From NCBI GenBank assembly GCA_010093815.1, contig ML996571.1: a DNA stretch of 64,000 nt; one strand, written 5' to 3'. The notes beneath the pieces are model-generated. The model made no database searches and was not told the origin of the DNA. It worked only from the letters and a program-made list of their open reading frames with translations. The position numbers were made by a program, and so were the translations under genes. Source of the stretch: Pseudovirgaria hyperparasitica (Eukaryota). Within the stretch, counting starts at the first letter, position 1. Every line of letters starts with the position of its first letter. This document shows positions 49,401-61,683 of this stretch, one piece after another.

Positions 49401-50841
49401 CTGTATCTGCGTGGCGCCTCAGGCCTCAATGTTTCCGCTTGTTAGTCTCGGGAGCCATAGACTGCTCATCAGTCCTGAGGATCGTCACTTGTGGAATCGT
49501 TTTGCATTTTACTGAAATACAATTTCACTACCCAGTCTTCTGGCTCTATCGACGGTTCATAAACAAGTCAACCCTACATGTACCTAGTCCTGTCACGCAA
49601 GCGAAGCCAAGTCTTGCTCGAGCTCTCAATTACTTCTTGTTCCCATGTGCGCTGAATTCTGGCTACCAAATTCACTAGCGCTGCTGCTGCCTCTAGATGA
49701 TATATACTTCAGTAGTGGTAATTATGGAAGAGTGTGTGACAGGTACTATGACATGCAACTTTAACCGCTCACGACATGGCGTGCTCGTAAACATTCCCAC
49801 CCACATACCAGCCCCCAACTTGGAATAATCGTATACTTGCAGGCGCATCATTGAGTCTTGAACAGGAGGATTGCGCAGTGGCCGAGATAGAAATAGATGA
49901 AATGCTTCGTCTCTGCCCGCCTGTCAGCATCACAACAAGGCCGAACCATGCTCCCGTCTGCATACCATGAGTGACGAAGCTGCCGAAATTCCGCCCAACG
50001 ATGCAGTGCCATGTCGCTCCTTTCTTGTTGTCGAACTTGTCGAAGAATTAGTGTCTACATAAATGTCGTTGCGTGAACATTCCCAGACCTGTTGCTTAAT
50101 ATACTTGGCAATGTCCTGATCAGTGCAATCAGCTTCATGAGATCTTCTTCATTTCTGCGGACACACCTTCTCGATGTTGAACTTTGACATTGCGTCCTCG
50201 GCTTGCATATGTTAGAGACCCTGTGCTGGCAGCTTTCCGCAGTCACATGTAAGCTCACCGACTTCAATCGCTTCCTGCTGCATTTCTTCGCTCTGGCACT
50301 CGGTCAGTTGAAGACAGTCAAGACCATCTACCTCTAATCACCATGTCTGCAGACTTGATTTGCGCTGCAACAACCTGTTAGCTTGCTTCAGCACCTGCGC
50401 GTGACGCCGACACACCTTCGAGCTTTTCGGCGGTCTTCTGGTCCGCAAGAATCTTCTGGTCTGCCATCTTGATCGTTCAAGCTGATTATAGATAGATTGC
50501 AGAGGGCGGGCAAAACAAAGTCAGACGTCTTGACCGAGCGGCGCGTGAAGGAGTCGTTGTTGATATGAAGCAAATTGCAAGTCAGATGGAAACCTAAAAC
50601 CCTCCAGGTCTGGGCACGCTCTCAGGCCGGTCCTAGCGCCCTCCCCCGGAAGATCGGCGCCAATCAGAACGAGCGCTGCCCCACTCCAACGACTGACTGC
50701 ACCAAAGCTTTTTTTTGTTCGAATTTCTTGCCCTTGAAACTTTTCCAACCACGTCGTCGCATCCCTTGCCTGAACCTCCACGTCGTCTCTCATCTCCCAG
50801 GACGCCTCCTCCTCGCTACTTTCTGCTCATTGTTTACCATC

Positions 50842-53640
50842 ATGGCCTCGTCGCGTATCTTCGTTCGCGGCTTGCCCCCAACGCTGACCGACGAAGAGTT
50901 CAAGAAGCATTTCTCCAGCCTATCTGCCACGACCGACACAAAGCTGTTTCAGCAACGCCGAATCGGCTATGTCGGGTACCGGACGCCGGAAGAGGCCGCC
51001 AAGGCAGTCAAGTACTTCAATCGGACCTTCATCCGCATGTCGAAAATACACGTAGAGTCAGCACGACCTGTAGGAGAGAAACTCCGAATGGACGGCTGAT
51101 GAGACGACTGACACCAGCACAGATAAGCGAGAGTAATCCACGAGCTCGCGTCCAGAATCCAGCCCACGCTTCGACAGACTCCGACATCCGCAAACATTCC
51201 CACGACGATGTCAACGCAAATCCATTGAAACGCAAGCGAGGCGAGGTCAAAGGTTCTACAGAGGATCCCAAACTCCAAGAGTTCCTGGAAGTCATGCAGC
51301 GCCCTTCCAAACCCAAGAACATCCTCGGCGGAAGCAGCAACGTTGATGACGTACCCGAAGCTGCTCCCAAAATAGCCGGAGAGGAGGCTGAGAGTGACGA
51401 CGAGTATCAGGAAGTGCGCAAGAAGAGCAAGGGTAATGATATTTCGCCAGCAAATCACCAACATTCTCTGGACAAGGGCCGCACTGCGTCAAACAATGAA
51501 CCTCCCATAGAGCAAATCTCGCCCCCGGAAGATGTTGATATGACTCGCGTGGAAAGTGTTGCACCACCTGCTACTGATGCAGACTGGCTTAGATCAAGGA
51601 CGAGTCGCTTGCTGGACATTGAAAGTGACGAAGATGACGCACCTACCGAGTCCCGTCCTGTGGTGTCTCATTCTGACTCGGCTGAAGAAGATTCAAGGAC
51701 GAGTAGGGTTGCTCAAGATACCACCCAAAACGATGACGAGTCTCGTGAGACGGCGGAAGAAGCAGCTCAAGCCGAAGAGGAAGTAGCCGAGCCGCCCCAG
51801 CATGCAGGCGGACGGCTATTCATTCGCAACTTGCCATACGATTCTACGGAGGACAGTTTACAAAAACATTTCGAGCCTTATGGCCGGATTGACGAGGTAG
51901 GCTCTCTGATATTCCCTTCTTTCCCAAGTGCAAAATATTATGATGAACACAGATAGGGACAACTGATGCTTCGGCATTGAGGATATCCTGGGAGACTATT
52001 TTAGTAGATGCGTCTCATTTTCTGATAACACATCTTCCATGACAAACAACAAGCATAGTATATTCGAACTCCGCTAATGTCTTGTCCCAGGTACACGTAC
52101 CGGTCAGTAAGAAGACTGGCAGCAGCAAAGGTTTTGCGTACATCCAGTATGTGGATGCCGAAAGTGCATCGAAAGCACTGGAAGAGCTTGATGGCACCAC
52201 GTTTGCAGGTCGCCTACTTCACATTTTACCCGCGGCTGCAAAAAAGGAGACCAAGTTGGACGAATTCGCGCTGTCCAAGCTACCCCTGAAAAAGCAACAG
52301 CAGATTAGAAGAAAAGCAGATGCGTCAACGTCAACGTTCAACTGGAACTCTTTATATATGAATGTTCGTTTCTTTTCCAGCTTGCGGAAGGTCCCCACTA
52401 ACATTATATGCAGACAGATGCAGTGCTATCGTCTGTTGCAGACAGGCTCGGCCTCGATAAATCCGAGGTGCTAGATCCAACCTCCTCTGATGCTGCCATC
52501 AAGCAGGCTCACGCGGAAACTCACGTCATCAACGAGACGAAATCTTACTTTGCCGAGAACGGTGTCGATTTAGAGGCATTCCGTAAACGTGAGAGAGGAG
52601 ATACTGCTATCCTGGTCAAGAATTTCCCTTATGACACGAAAAGAGACGAGCTGAAGGACTTGTTCGAACAATATGGTACAGTCACCCGTCTACTCATACC
52701 TCCAACAGGCACGATAGCTGTCGTTCAGTACGCTCAACCAACAGAGGCTCGGACAGCGTTCGGCAGTCTTGCGTATCGCAAATTCCGAGACTCTGTGCTC
52801 TTCCTTGAGAAGGCGCCAAAAGATTTGTTCACGACCGCGACTGGCCCCACCAAGGCTATCACTTCGCGAGACGCCATCTCCTCCGCAAAAGACCCGAAGC
52901 TTTCTGCCGCGGACTTGCTCCAAAAGGATCAAAATGTCGAGGTCGTAGATACGTCAACGCTGTTCGTTCGGAACTTGAGCTTTGCCACCTCCGGCCAGAA
53001 GCTTACACAGGTGTTCAAGCCGCTCGACGGTTTCGTTTCTGCGACCGTGAAGACCAAGGTCAATCCCAAAAACCCAAGCGAGAAGCTCAGTATGGGCTTT
53101 GGCTTCCTGGAATTCCGCTCGAAAGAACAAGCCCAAGCCGCTGCCTCGGCGATGAATGGATACGAGCTTGACGGGCACCGACTCTTGCTCCGGGCTTCAC
53201 ACAAGGGACTCGATGCAGCCGAGGAGCGACGCCGAGAAGACAAAGCTAAAAGAGCTGCCAGCAAAAGCACAAAGATCATCATCAAGAATCTTCCCTTCGA
53301 GACGAACAAGAAGGATGTACGTACTCTATTCGGAGCGTACGGACAACTACGGTCGGTTCGCGTGCCAAAGAAATTCGACAACTCGACGCGAGGCTTTGCT
53401 TTTGCAGAATTCACCACACCCAGAGAAGCAGAGAATGCACTGGAAGCACTTCGCAACACCCACATTCTCGGCAGAAAACTGGTCTTGGAGTTTGCTACCC
53501 AAGCCGCTGAAGATGCAGAGGAAGAGCTCGAGCGAATGCAGAAGAAGGTCGGGTCACAGGTCAACAAAGTGGCTCTCCAGAATCTGACCGGCGCTGGGAG
53601 AAAGAAATTTAATGTCGCAGGTGACGACGGCGAGGAGTAG
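50842..53640 (+). CDS. MRD1: Multiple RNA-binding domain-containing protein 1 (five RRMs, pre-rRNA processing)
   Basis: Contains SRIFVRGLP, RRIGYVGY, RLFIRNLPY, KGFAYIQY, TFNWNSLYMN, HAETHVI, LSMGFGFLEF, IIKNLPFE and RGFAFAEF. Introns lie at 51070-51122, 51897-52090 and 52364-52413. Confidence 0.96.
51936..52030 (+). ncRNA. Intron-encoded box C/D snoRNA (inside MRD1 intron 2)
   Basis: Box C ATGATGA 51940-51946, guide AGATAGGGACA, D' CTGA 51963-51966, a TGC-TTCG-GCA hairpin, C'-like TGAGGA 51978-51983 and box D CTGA 52022-52025, with a short terminal stem. The host intron is 194 nt versus about 50 nt for the gene's other introns. Confidence 0.85.
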
Positions 53641-54429
53641 GCGGGCAGGGCAGTAAGGGTTTAGACAAAGGCGTCGGTGTCCCTTGCTTCGCACCACCAC
53701 CACCAACACCTCATCACGCCCCCTCCGGCCCCTCTGCCTCACCCTTCACTTGACGTAGCAATCTACAAAAGCAACTTGCTCGATCCCCTCGCAGAACAAA
53801 TCCTGACTAGACTGCGGGGACGAATTAACATCGACCCAGGGCCGTCTTACCAGTGTATCTGCGCATCCCTTCAAACATTACTGACTTGCATATCCTGGGC
53901 AGAGCGGACTACCGCTAACCGAGAACACCACAGGCCTCAGCATTCTTCGCATAGATGTTTAAAAGACATTCCTGTCTTCGTCGCCAGGGAGGAGGGACCC
54001 TTTCGCCACCAGATAGCCAGGAACCATCGCCGGAAGCGTCTGCCTTGCATTCTTCCACCTAAGTAATCTCTGTCTGACATTCCCAGCATTGAAACCGGCA
54101 ACAAGCGATATGATGTAACGGGAGGTCTTGGGCCTTGTTACTGAGTATGGCTAGATCATTGCCAAAAGGCGACGCGAGCTTGCTCTCAGCAGGATATGTA
54201 CGAAGGGCAGCTTGATTGCCCAGGGGTCCTATAAACAAAGATTACATTCCCGTCCACACCATCAGCATTCCTCTTCTCTGCCCGTGTGTTCGCTTCCTTC
54301 TTTCCGACACATCGCGTTGCCACTCATTGTCTGTTCACTTCTCACCGTACGTGCCTTGCTGACGCTCATTCATTCTTATCCTTCGATATTTTCGTCTCCA
54401 ATCTGGCATTCCAAATCTACATCGCTCCC

Positions 54430-56923
54430 ATGGAGCCGTGTGGTCATATCTCGCCACCTGTATTGCCGTCAAACGCGCCAGCTCTCTCTCCTCCCATTTA
54501 CGGGGGCCATTCGTCGAGGGCGTTGCAAGAGAGGTCGAGTAATGCACAACGTGACGGGTATGAGCAAGACCTGAGGAAGATATCGGATGCGTCGTCGACA
54601 GAGAACCGCTATGGCAAGATGTCACCAAGTCTTGCATCACATGAGCATCCTGCGGATCAGGAAAAGAAGAAAAGCGACAGCCCGGCCGAGAGAGAGTTTG
54701 CTGCTCTATGGCGCCGACTTGAGAGCTCCGAGGCGTACAAGAAGTATCGTGCAAGACAGCCTCGAGATGCCAACGAGCAAGATCAGAAGTGGCCGGAGCA
54801 TATGGAGGCTGCCTTCTTTCGGGGTATGTATTCAAACAGTCATAGACAGCTATACCTTCACCTAATCAATCGTGCGTAGCTCTAGTCAAGTACGAGCCCA
54901 TGGGTCGACGAAAGCAAACGCTGAACGGGACATTGCGTGGCCGCAATGAACTCATCGCAGACGAGATCTTGAAGCTCACAAAAGAGAAACGTAACCGCAA
55001 GCAAGTGTCGAGTCATCTCCAAGTTCTTAAGACGCTCCTCAAGAACGACCCCATGAGTAAGCCTTCAGCTCTGGTAGCATTCCACACGACTAATGCTCTG
55101 GCGTAGTCATGAGATATTTGTCCAAGGAAGACTTTCAAGATCGCAAGCGACGGCCCTCTTGTGCGCACTTGTCCCGTCGTCGTCGTCGCCCACATACCGC
55201 GCAGGCGGCCGCTATATCCAACGCAACTTATCAAGCGCTCTCCTTACCTTGGCAAACGGAGTCCCTAGCAGAAACTCCGTGTTTAGCATCGCCCGACTCC
55301 CCCATCCCCGCTCCGCTCTGGTCAGGCACTCTCATGCCTTCACACTTTGACGTATATGTCCGCGACTCATACATGCGCGCTATCCACACGCACACGTCAT
55401 TCTCCGCAAGCCCACAAGGCGATGACGTCCGCCTCGAGTCTCTGCCGAATCTAGCTTCCGCCTACCCTCCGCTCGCCGAGCTTGTTTCCCAGACGAACCT
55501 CGCCGACGAAGCCACGTCGCTCCCGAATGTTGTTCTCATGCACGCCAGCTTCGACATCCACACCGATCCCCTCCCCGGCAACGCCGAGATCTGTATTCGC
55601 GAAGAGTTTGACGCCCAGCCGGGTCTCGGCGTCTTTGAGCACTTTGAGTGTCGCACAACGTTCCTGCTCGACGGCGTCGAAACAGAAAAGGTCAGCGGCG
55701 AGATCAAAGAACACGACATTGAAGCGGGACGTCTGAGTGGCACGCCGTTTGGGAGCATGTTCTGGGCCTATCGGTTCACGCAGTTGGCCAAGAAGCTTCG
55801 TGATACTGGCACCGGCGATGGCGAGGGCAATCGTGCCGAAGTCGCGGGGATCCTGTCGCGCATGTCCGCCGTCCAGGAGATCTTTGCCAGCGGAGACAAG
55901 TGGCAGCGAAGCCAGCGCATCCTGCTTGTGGCGTGGCGGTTCAGTCTCGCGCCCCTGGGTCTGCCGGGCACTTCGACGTGGCATCGTGTGCGCGTGCCGA
56001 GCGCGGATGAGGTTGCGTGTCTGACGGCGTCGGCGGCCGATCTGGAGATGCTGTATGCCGGCCAGGCAAACCTCGATCGCTACGCAGGCCACGGGCACGA
56101 TGATCTATATTCGGCTACGGCTGCGGCTGCACCACCACCAACAACAACAGCAGGCGGCGAATGTTCAAACTACGCAGAGAGCTTCCGCAGTGCCCTCACG
56201 ACACCGCACACCGGCACGCCCGTCGACGAACGAACATATTTCGACGCAAGCACCACCGCCCATGAAATAACCACCCTCTCCGGCGCCGCCCTCGCAGATC
56301 TATCAACAACCACCGCAACCCTCGCGGAAATGGCCTCTTGCGGCGGCGCACAGCTCGAGCACACACACGTCCATCCACACAACGACGACGACGACGACAC
56401 CATCCAACCCGGCATCGAAGACAGCGAGCCCCACACCCACACCCACCCCGCAAGCCTCTCCACATCCACCTCCGCCCCCTCCCTCTCCCGCAGCACAAGC
56501 ACAGACCACCTCCGCGCCTCCCCAGACTTCCCCCTCCAGCCCAGCATCCAGGAATTCTGCATTGCCCCGAGCGCCGTCTACCATGCTATCCAGCAGCACG
56601 TCAGTCCGTCGCAGCTCACGCATCATGACGGTGATGGTTGTGGCATGGGCACGGCTGGGCATGGGCATGGGCATGGACACGGGGGGGATACGCATCATGC
56701 GGGTGCGTATCATCATCATTTTCATCATCATCACGCGCAGCGCTGGGCGGGAATATATGATGAGTTGCTTGTGGGGCCGGATGGTGTGGAGGTTGAGGGT
56801 GGGGAGGGCGGGTTCGAGGGGTTCGAGGGGTTGTGTGCTGGTGGTGGGGCGGTTGGAGGGGGGGTGGGGAGTGGGAATGGGAATGGGAATGGGAAGGTTG
56901 AGGGGTGGGTTGGGGGGTTTTGA
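54430..56923 (+). CDS. TEA/ATTS-domain transcription factor (AbaA/Tec1 family)
   Basis: [24 protein letters not shown]...[10 protein letters not shown]...[14 protein letters not shown] is a TEA signature. Introns lie at 54824-54879 and 55057-55106. Confidence 0.9.
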
Positions 56924-57429
56924 GAGAGGGGGAGAGGGGGAGGGAGAAAGAGCATGGACTTGATGGGATGGGATGGGATGGGGAAAGAGGATCAAGGTTT
57001 TTGTGTCTTGCTGTTTGTTCTGCGTGCGGTGGTGGTGGGTACTGTGGCTTTTGCTTGCGTGGTGGGTGTATAATAGGGGTGTCAGGGGGCGAGAATGGCA
57101 GAGAGGAGAGAAGAAAGGAGGAGAGGAGAGGAGAGGAGAGAAGAAAAGAGAGAAAGAAAGAGAGGAGAGCAAGGCCTCTGCTGGTATCTGTCCGAGCAAG
57201 CACTTTACCCGCCCCCTCTCGCGGTCCGCAGGTTTTCAATCTTCTTTTATACCACACACACACATCATGTATAATCTAGCTTTAAAACCGTAATAATTGT
57301 TAATTCCTAAAATAATCCCCCTCGTTTGTAGTAGTAGTCTGTATTATTCATATAATAACATCAGCTTCACCGACACCGACACCGACACTCTTGGAAGCCC
57401 TAGAAATCCCTAAGAAAGGTCATGTCTGC

Positions 57430-57437
<8 letters not shown>

Positions 57438-57485
<48 letters not shown>
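57438..57485. repeat. (GT)n microsatellite followed by TTTG/TTTATG simple repeats
   Basis: Direct reading. Confidence 0.95.
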
Positions 57486-57486
<1 letters not shown>

Positions 57487-57840
57487 CCGCGTGTGATTGT
57501 TTGTTTGTTTTGGGTTTGTTTGTTTGTTTTGGGTTTGTTTGTTGGCGGTGTATGGCTGAATAGCTAGGTAGCTAGCTGGCTCGTTCTGCGCGTCTGTTCT
57601 TGCTGTGTTTATGTTTATGTTTTGTGTGTTTATGTTTTATGTGTTTATGTGTTTATGTGTTTATGTTCTTCTTTCTTTCGAGGAAGGCATGTCATGGAAT
57701 GGAATGGCGGAATGGCGGAGCGCGGAATGGGGAATGCGATTGGGGGAATACGATTGGGGGGGGAAACATGAAACGCAGATTGTGAAACGGAGCAGAACAG
57801 AGAGAGTTAGTTTAGAGAAGTCCGGGGGTGACGCGGCGCC

Positions 57841-57921
57841 NNNNNNNNNNNNNNNNNNNNNNNNNNNNNNNNNNNNNNNNNNNNNNNNNNNNNNNNNNNN
57901 NNNNNNNNNNNNNNNNNNNNN
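57841..57921. other. Assembly gap (N run)
   Basis: 81 N characters. Confidence 1.
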
Positions 57922-58940
57922 NGGGGGGGCAAAGCAGGCAAAGCAGGGCCGTGTGAACACGGAAACAGTGGTTAAAAAGTGAGCTGGAGAATGGAGAATG
58001 GAGATGGGAGATAAGGAGGGGGATAAATTAGATAAGAGAGAGAGAGTCAAAACGACAGAAGTACGACAACGGGGGGACGTAACCAATGTAAAAAGTATTA
58101 TCCTTCTAGAATTAATACGACCTAGATGTCACCCCTATACCACCATCTCCAATCATGATTGATTCCACGTCGTATATCGCCGCAGCGTGGAATGTCGTAG
58201 CGTCGTAGCATCGTATATCGCATATCGCATATCGCACATCGCACATCGCACACCGTATCATCCCGCATCCATACCCTATCCAGTAACCTCCACCGCGCCC
58301 ACCCTCTCCACATCCAGCGTTTGCGTATATATATATATATATATACACACAAATATATATACAAATATCTCGGAATCTCAACAAAGCTTTCCCCCGCGAT
58401 ATCGGGAATACCAGGATACCCACCCCCCTGGTCTCGACACGGCTGTTTGGGGGGCGTCCTGGGCTGTATGGAGCATGGTGATGGTGGTGGTGGTGGTGGT
58501 GGTGGCGGTGATGAAGGGTTGAAAAACCATCTAGCAAGATCCATTTCCGAGAACCATGAATGACCGAAAAAAGATCCCTAGCCGGCTAGCTAGCTAGCTA
58601 GCCAAGGGGGGAGACGGGAGCCCAGGCAGGGCGCGGCGACGGACTCAGCAGACGCCGCGCCCCAAAGAGTGTGGATTGATGGTCTTGTGGGCTGGCTGCG
58701 TTTGCTCTAGATGGGAGACTGGATCTCGTGTGGAAGGGGATAGGGTTGTGGATTTGGGAGGGGGGTGTATGTTCGATGGTGAGGTCTGGGATAGTGTGAG
58801 GTCTAACTAGCGCGCGATCGAGGTTGATACGCTGTTTACTGTGCGTGGGTGTTGAGCTTACTGTTGGACATTCCAGAATCCAGGCATGCAAGAAGCATCC
58901 ATCCAAGTCTCTATCCAAGTCTCTATCCACTCCCACAATC

Positions 58941-59030
58941 CCACATTCCCCGTTCGAACACAACTACCCCACAATCCCCGTTCGAAAACAATTTACCTAC
59001 CCCACAATCCTCGTTCGACAACAACTACCC
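58941..59030. repeat. Three imperfect tandem copies of a ~28-33-bp unit (CCACAATCCCCGTTCGAANACAACTAC)
   Basis: Direct reading. Confidence 0.8.
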
Positions 59031-60794
59031 AACACGCAGCCCCCGAGCATGGTTGCCCTTGTATTAACGCCCAATAACCGGTAATATATACTCTATTCGA
59101 GAGATACATGATCAAGAATGAGCTCGACCATGTGGTGTTTATCACCAGTGGACGCGTCATATACCAGGCTTGTTTGTTGTGTGACGTGACTTGTGTTGCT
59201 GGGATTGGTGGTGTTGGTGGGTGGAGCTGTGTGGTTTGTGTATGGCTTCGGGCTTGAGGGGGTGGTTATATGCATTTGACGAAGATGTACATCAGGACTT
59301 GCTATCGGCTGTGCCGTCTTTGAGTAGGTTCACGCAGGTCCCATCCGTTAGCTCCAGGTCCAGGGAGGTCCAGGTCCAGGTCCAGGTACAGGTCCAGCTT
59401 TAGTAGAAAGCATCAACACCACATTGCACATTGCACGTCGACCATATACCACGCGAATGAAAATACATACACACACCACCAATTACAGCCCTATTCTCAC
59501 CCCACATCACGCAAGATATCCTAGAATGCTTAGTATCTACTCTATCAAGGCTGTATATATGTTACGCTATTTCATACCATGCTATATGTATATCACGACT
59601 CCAGGTCCGTTTTATGCATGTATATACCTCGCGCCAGCAATGTAGATTATGGTAAAGTAGAACAGATGACGACACGACAACACGACAATACGATTTGATA
59701 CGACACGGCACGGCACAAAGGCGCAGTGTAATAGTAGCCGATAATAAACACTATTCACTTATATCCCATTACCCGACGTGCGTGTGTGTGTAACACAGCA
59801 CAGCAGCACACAACACAACAATTCATATCCTCTCCACGGGACGGTGAAAGCAAGCGCACGCTGCACAACACCACAACCCTCCACCTATTTCCTATCCAAG
59901 ATTTTGTATCTTGCATTTTATATTCTTACTTCTCCTTTCCTGTATTCTCCCTTTACATACTCTTCCTGATTCCTCATTCCCATTCCATAACCCCTGTCTA
60001 TTTTCTTGTTATCTCCAATCCATACGTCTCACTCACTCCAACATTCCCATCCCCACCAACCTATCCATCCACCCTCGCACTCATCCCAGCTCTTTCCCTC
60101 GCTCTTTCACAAACACCCATAGCTCGCAACATAGCTCAGCCCACCCCAGCCCGACCGCCCGTCCGTCCGGACATACCCCACCTCAAAAGTCCGCACGCCC
60201 CGTCCAATCCGTACGTCCAATCCCAATCCATCCGCACACCTGCATCGGCTCCCCGCAGCAGTAGCAACACCTACCCTGGCAGCCAGCCAGCCAGCCAAAT
60301 CAAACGAACCAAATCAAACGAACCAAATCAAACGAAACGAAAGAAAGATAACGCAAGGAGCGAAAAAGGGCCTTGGCAATATTTCTTTTGTATTCCCCCG
60401 ATATTGGCGGGCATAACCCCCTAGACAACTGCAAGGCTGGGGGAATTTATTTTATTCTATTTAAGTAGGCTGGCACAGCTGCTCGTGTGGAGGTTTTTTC
60501 TGTGATTTTTTTCGAGTTTGTGAATTTGTGAGAGAGGATTTTTGGGAATATCTGAAGTGTGAGTACTAACTTATTTCTTCCTGGAGGGTATTGGTATATT
60601 TACTGCTTTTAATTTGCATTGCTTTGGATTGTCAGTCAGTCAGGGTGCTGTGCTGATGTTAGGATATAGGGAACAGCCATATCTATACCCATCCCATCCC
60701 AAGCAGCACACACACACACGTTCACACACAAACACAAACACACACAGCCCTCCGTACGCGACGGAGAACGATGCTCTGGCAACACCCAGCCAGC

Positions 60795-61683
60795 ATGACG
60801 AGCACAACGCAAACCACCACCACCACCAACAACGCAAACGACCAGCCCGGCAAGCTAGGAATCAGCATTGACGACCTGCTCGGCCTCCAGGCAGCCTGCT
60901 TCGAATGGGCAGACAGCTACGATGCCAAAGACTGGGAGCGTCTGAGCCGCTGCATTGCACCGACGCTGCGCGTAAGTCCTCCCTTCCTTCCCCCCTTCCC
61001 ATCCATCCATCTCTCCCTGCCTACAACACGACACAAGAAGAAACATCCTAAACCCCCACCCAAAACCCCAGATCGACTACCGCTCCTTCCTCAACAAACT
61101 CTGGCCCGCCATGCCCGCCGCAGAATTCATCGCCATGGCCTCCTCGCCCACCGTGCTCGGCGACCCGCTCCTCCGCACACAGCACTTCATCGGCGGCACG
61201 CGCTGGGAGCGCGTCTCGGCCACCGAGGCAATCGGCTACCACCAACTGCGCGTCCCGCACCAGAAATACACGGATGCAACGCTCAAGACGGTGGCGGTCA
61301 AGGGCCACGCGCACAGTCATAATACGCATTGGTATAGGAAGGTGGAGGGCGAGTGGAAGTTTGCGGGGCTGAATCCGGAGATTCGCTGGTTTGAGTATGA
61401 TTTTGATAGGGTTTTTGAGGGGGGGAGGGAGGCTTTTGGGGAGGAGGGGGAGAAGAAGGGGGAGATGGAGAGGGAGTTGGTGGGGCGGGTTAGTGGGGTG
61501 CCGGTGGGGATTGGGGGGGAGAAGGGGGAGGAGGATGCGTTGGATGTGTTGTTGGCGGAGGTCAAGGGGATTGGTGGTGGTGGTGGTGAGGAGGGAGTGA
61601 AGCGCAAGGCTGTGTCTGAGGGGAAGGATGGTGGTGCTGCCGTGGAGGTCAAGGCGCTTGGGCAGGGCGTCTATGCATCGTGA
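60795..61683 (+). CDS. scd1: Scytalone dehydratase (DHN-melanin pathway); start codon uncertain (60771 or 60795)
   Basis: [39 protein letters not shown]...[15 protein letters not shown]...[13 protein letters not shown]...[22 protein letters not shown]. Intron at 60972-61071. Confidence 0.95.

Noticed and set aside
58941..59030. Repeat units with slightly variable interiors, resembling a mini CRISPR array or Pol III B-boxes (GTTCGA)
   Set aside because: The context is eukaryotic, with no unique spacers, no cas genes, and no tRNA cloverleaf or A-box. It is an ordinary minisatellite.
57000..60700. ORFs of 100-300 aa in the low-complexity intergenic regions (also 2000-3300 and 62000-64000)
   Set aside because: They are translations of simple repeats and skewed composition, with no domain signatures or coherent exon chains.
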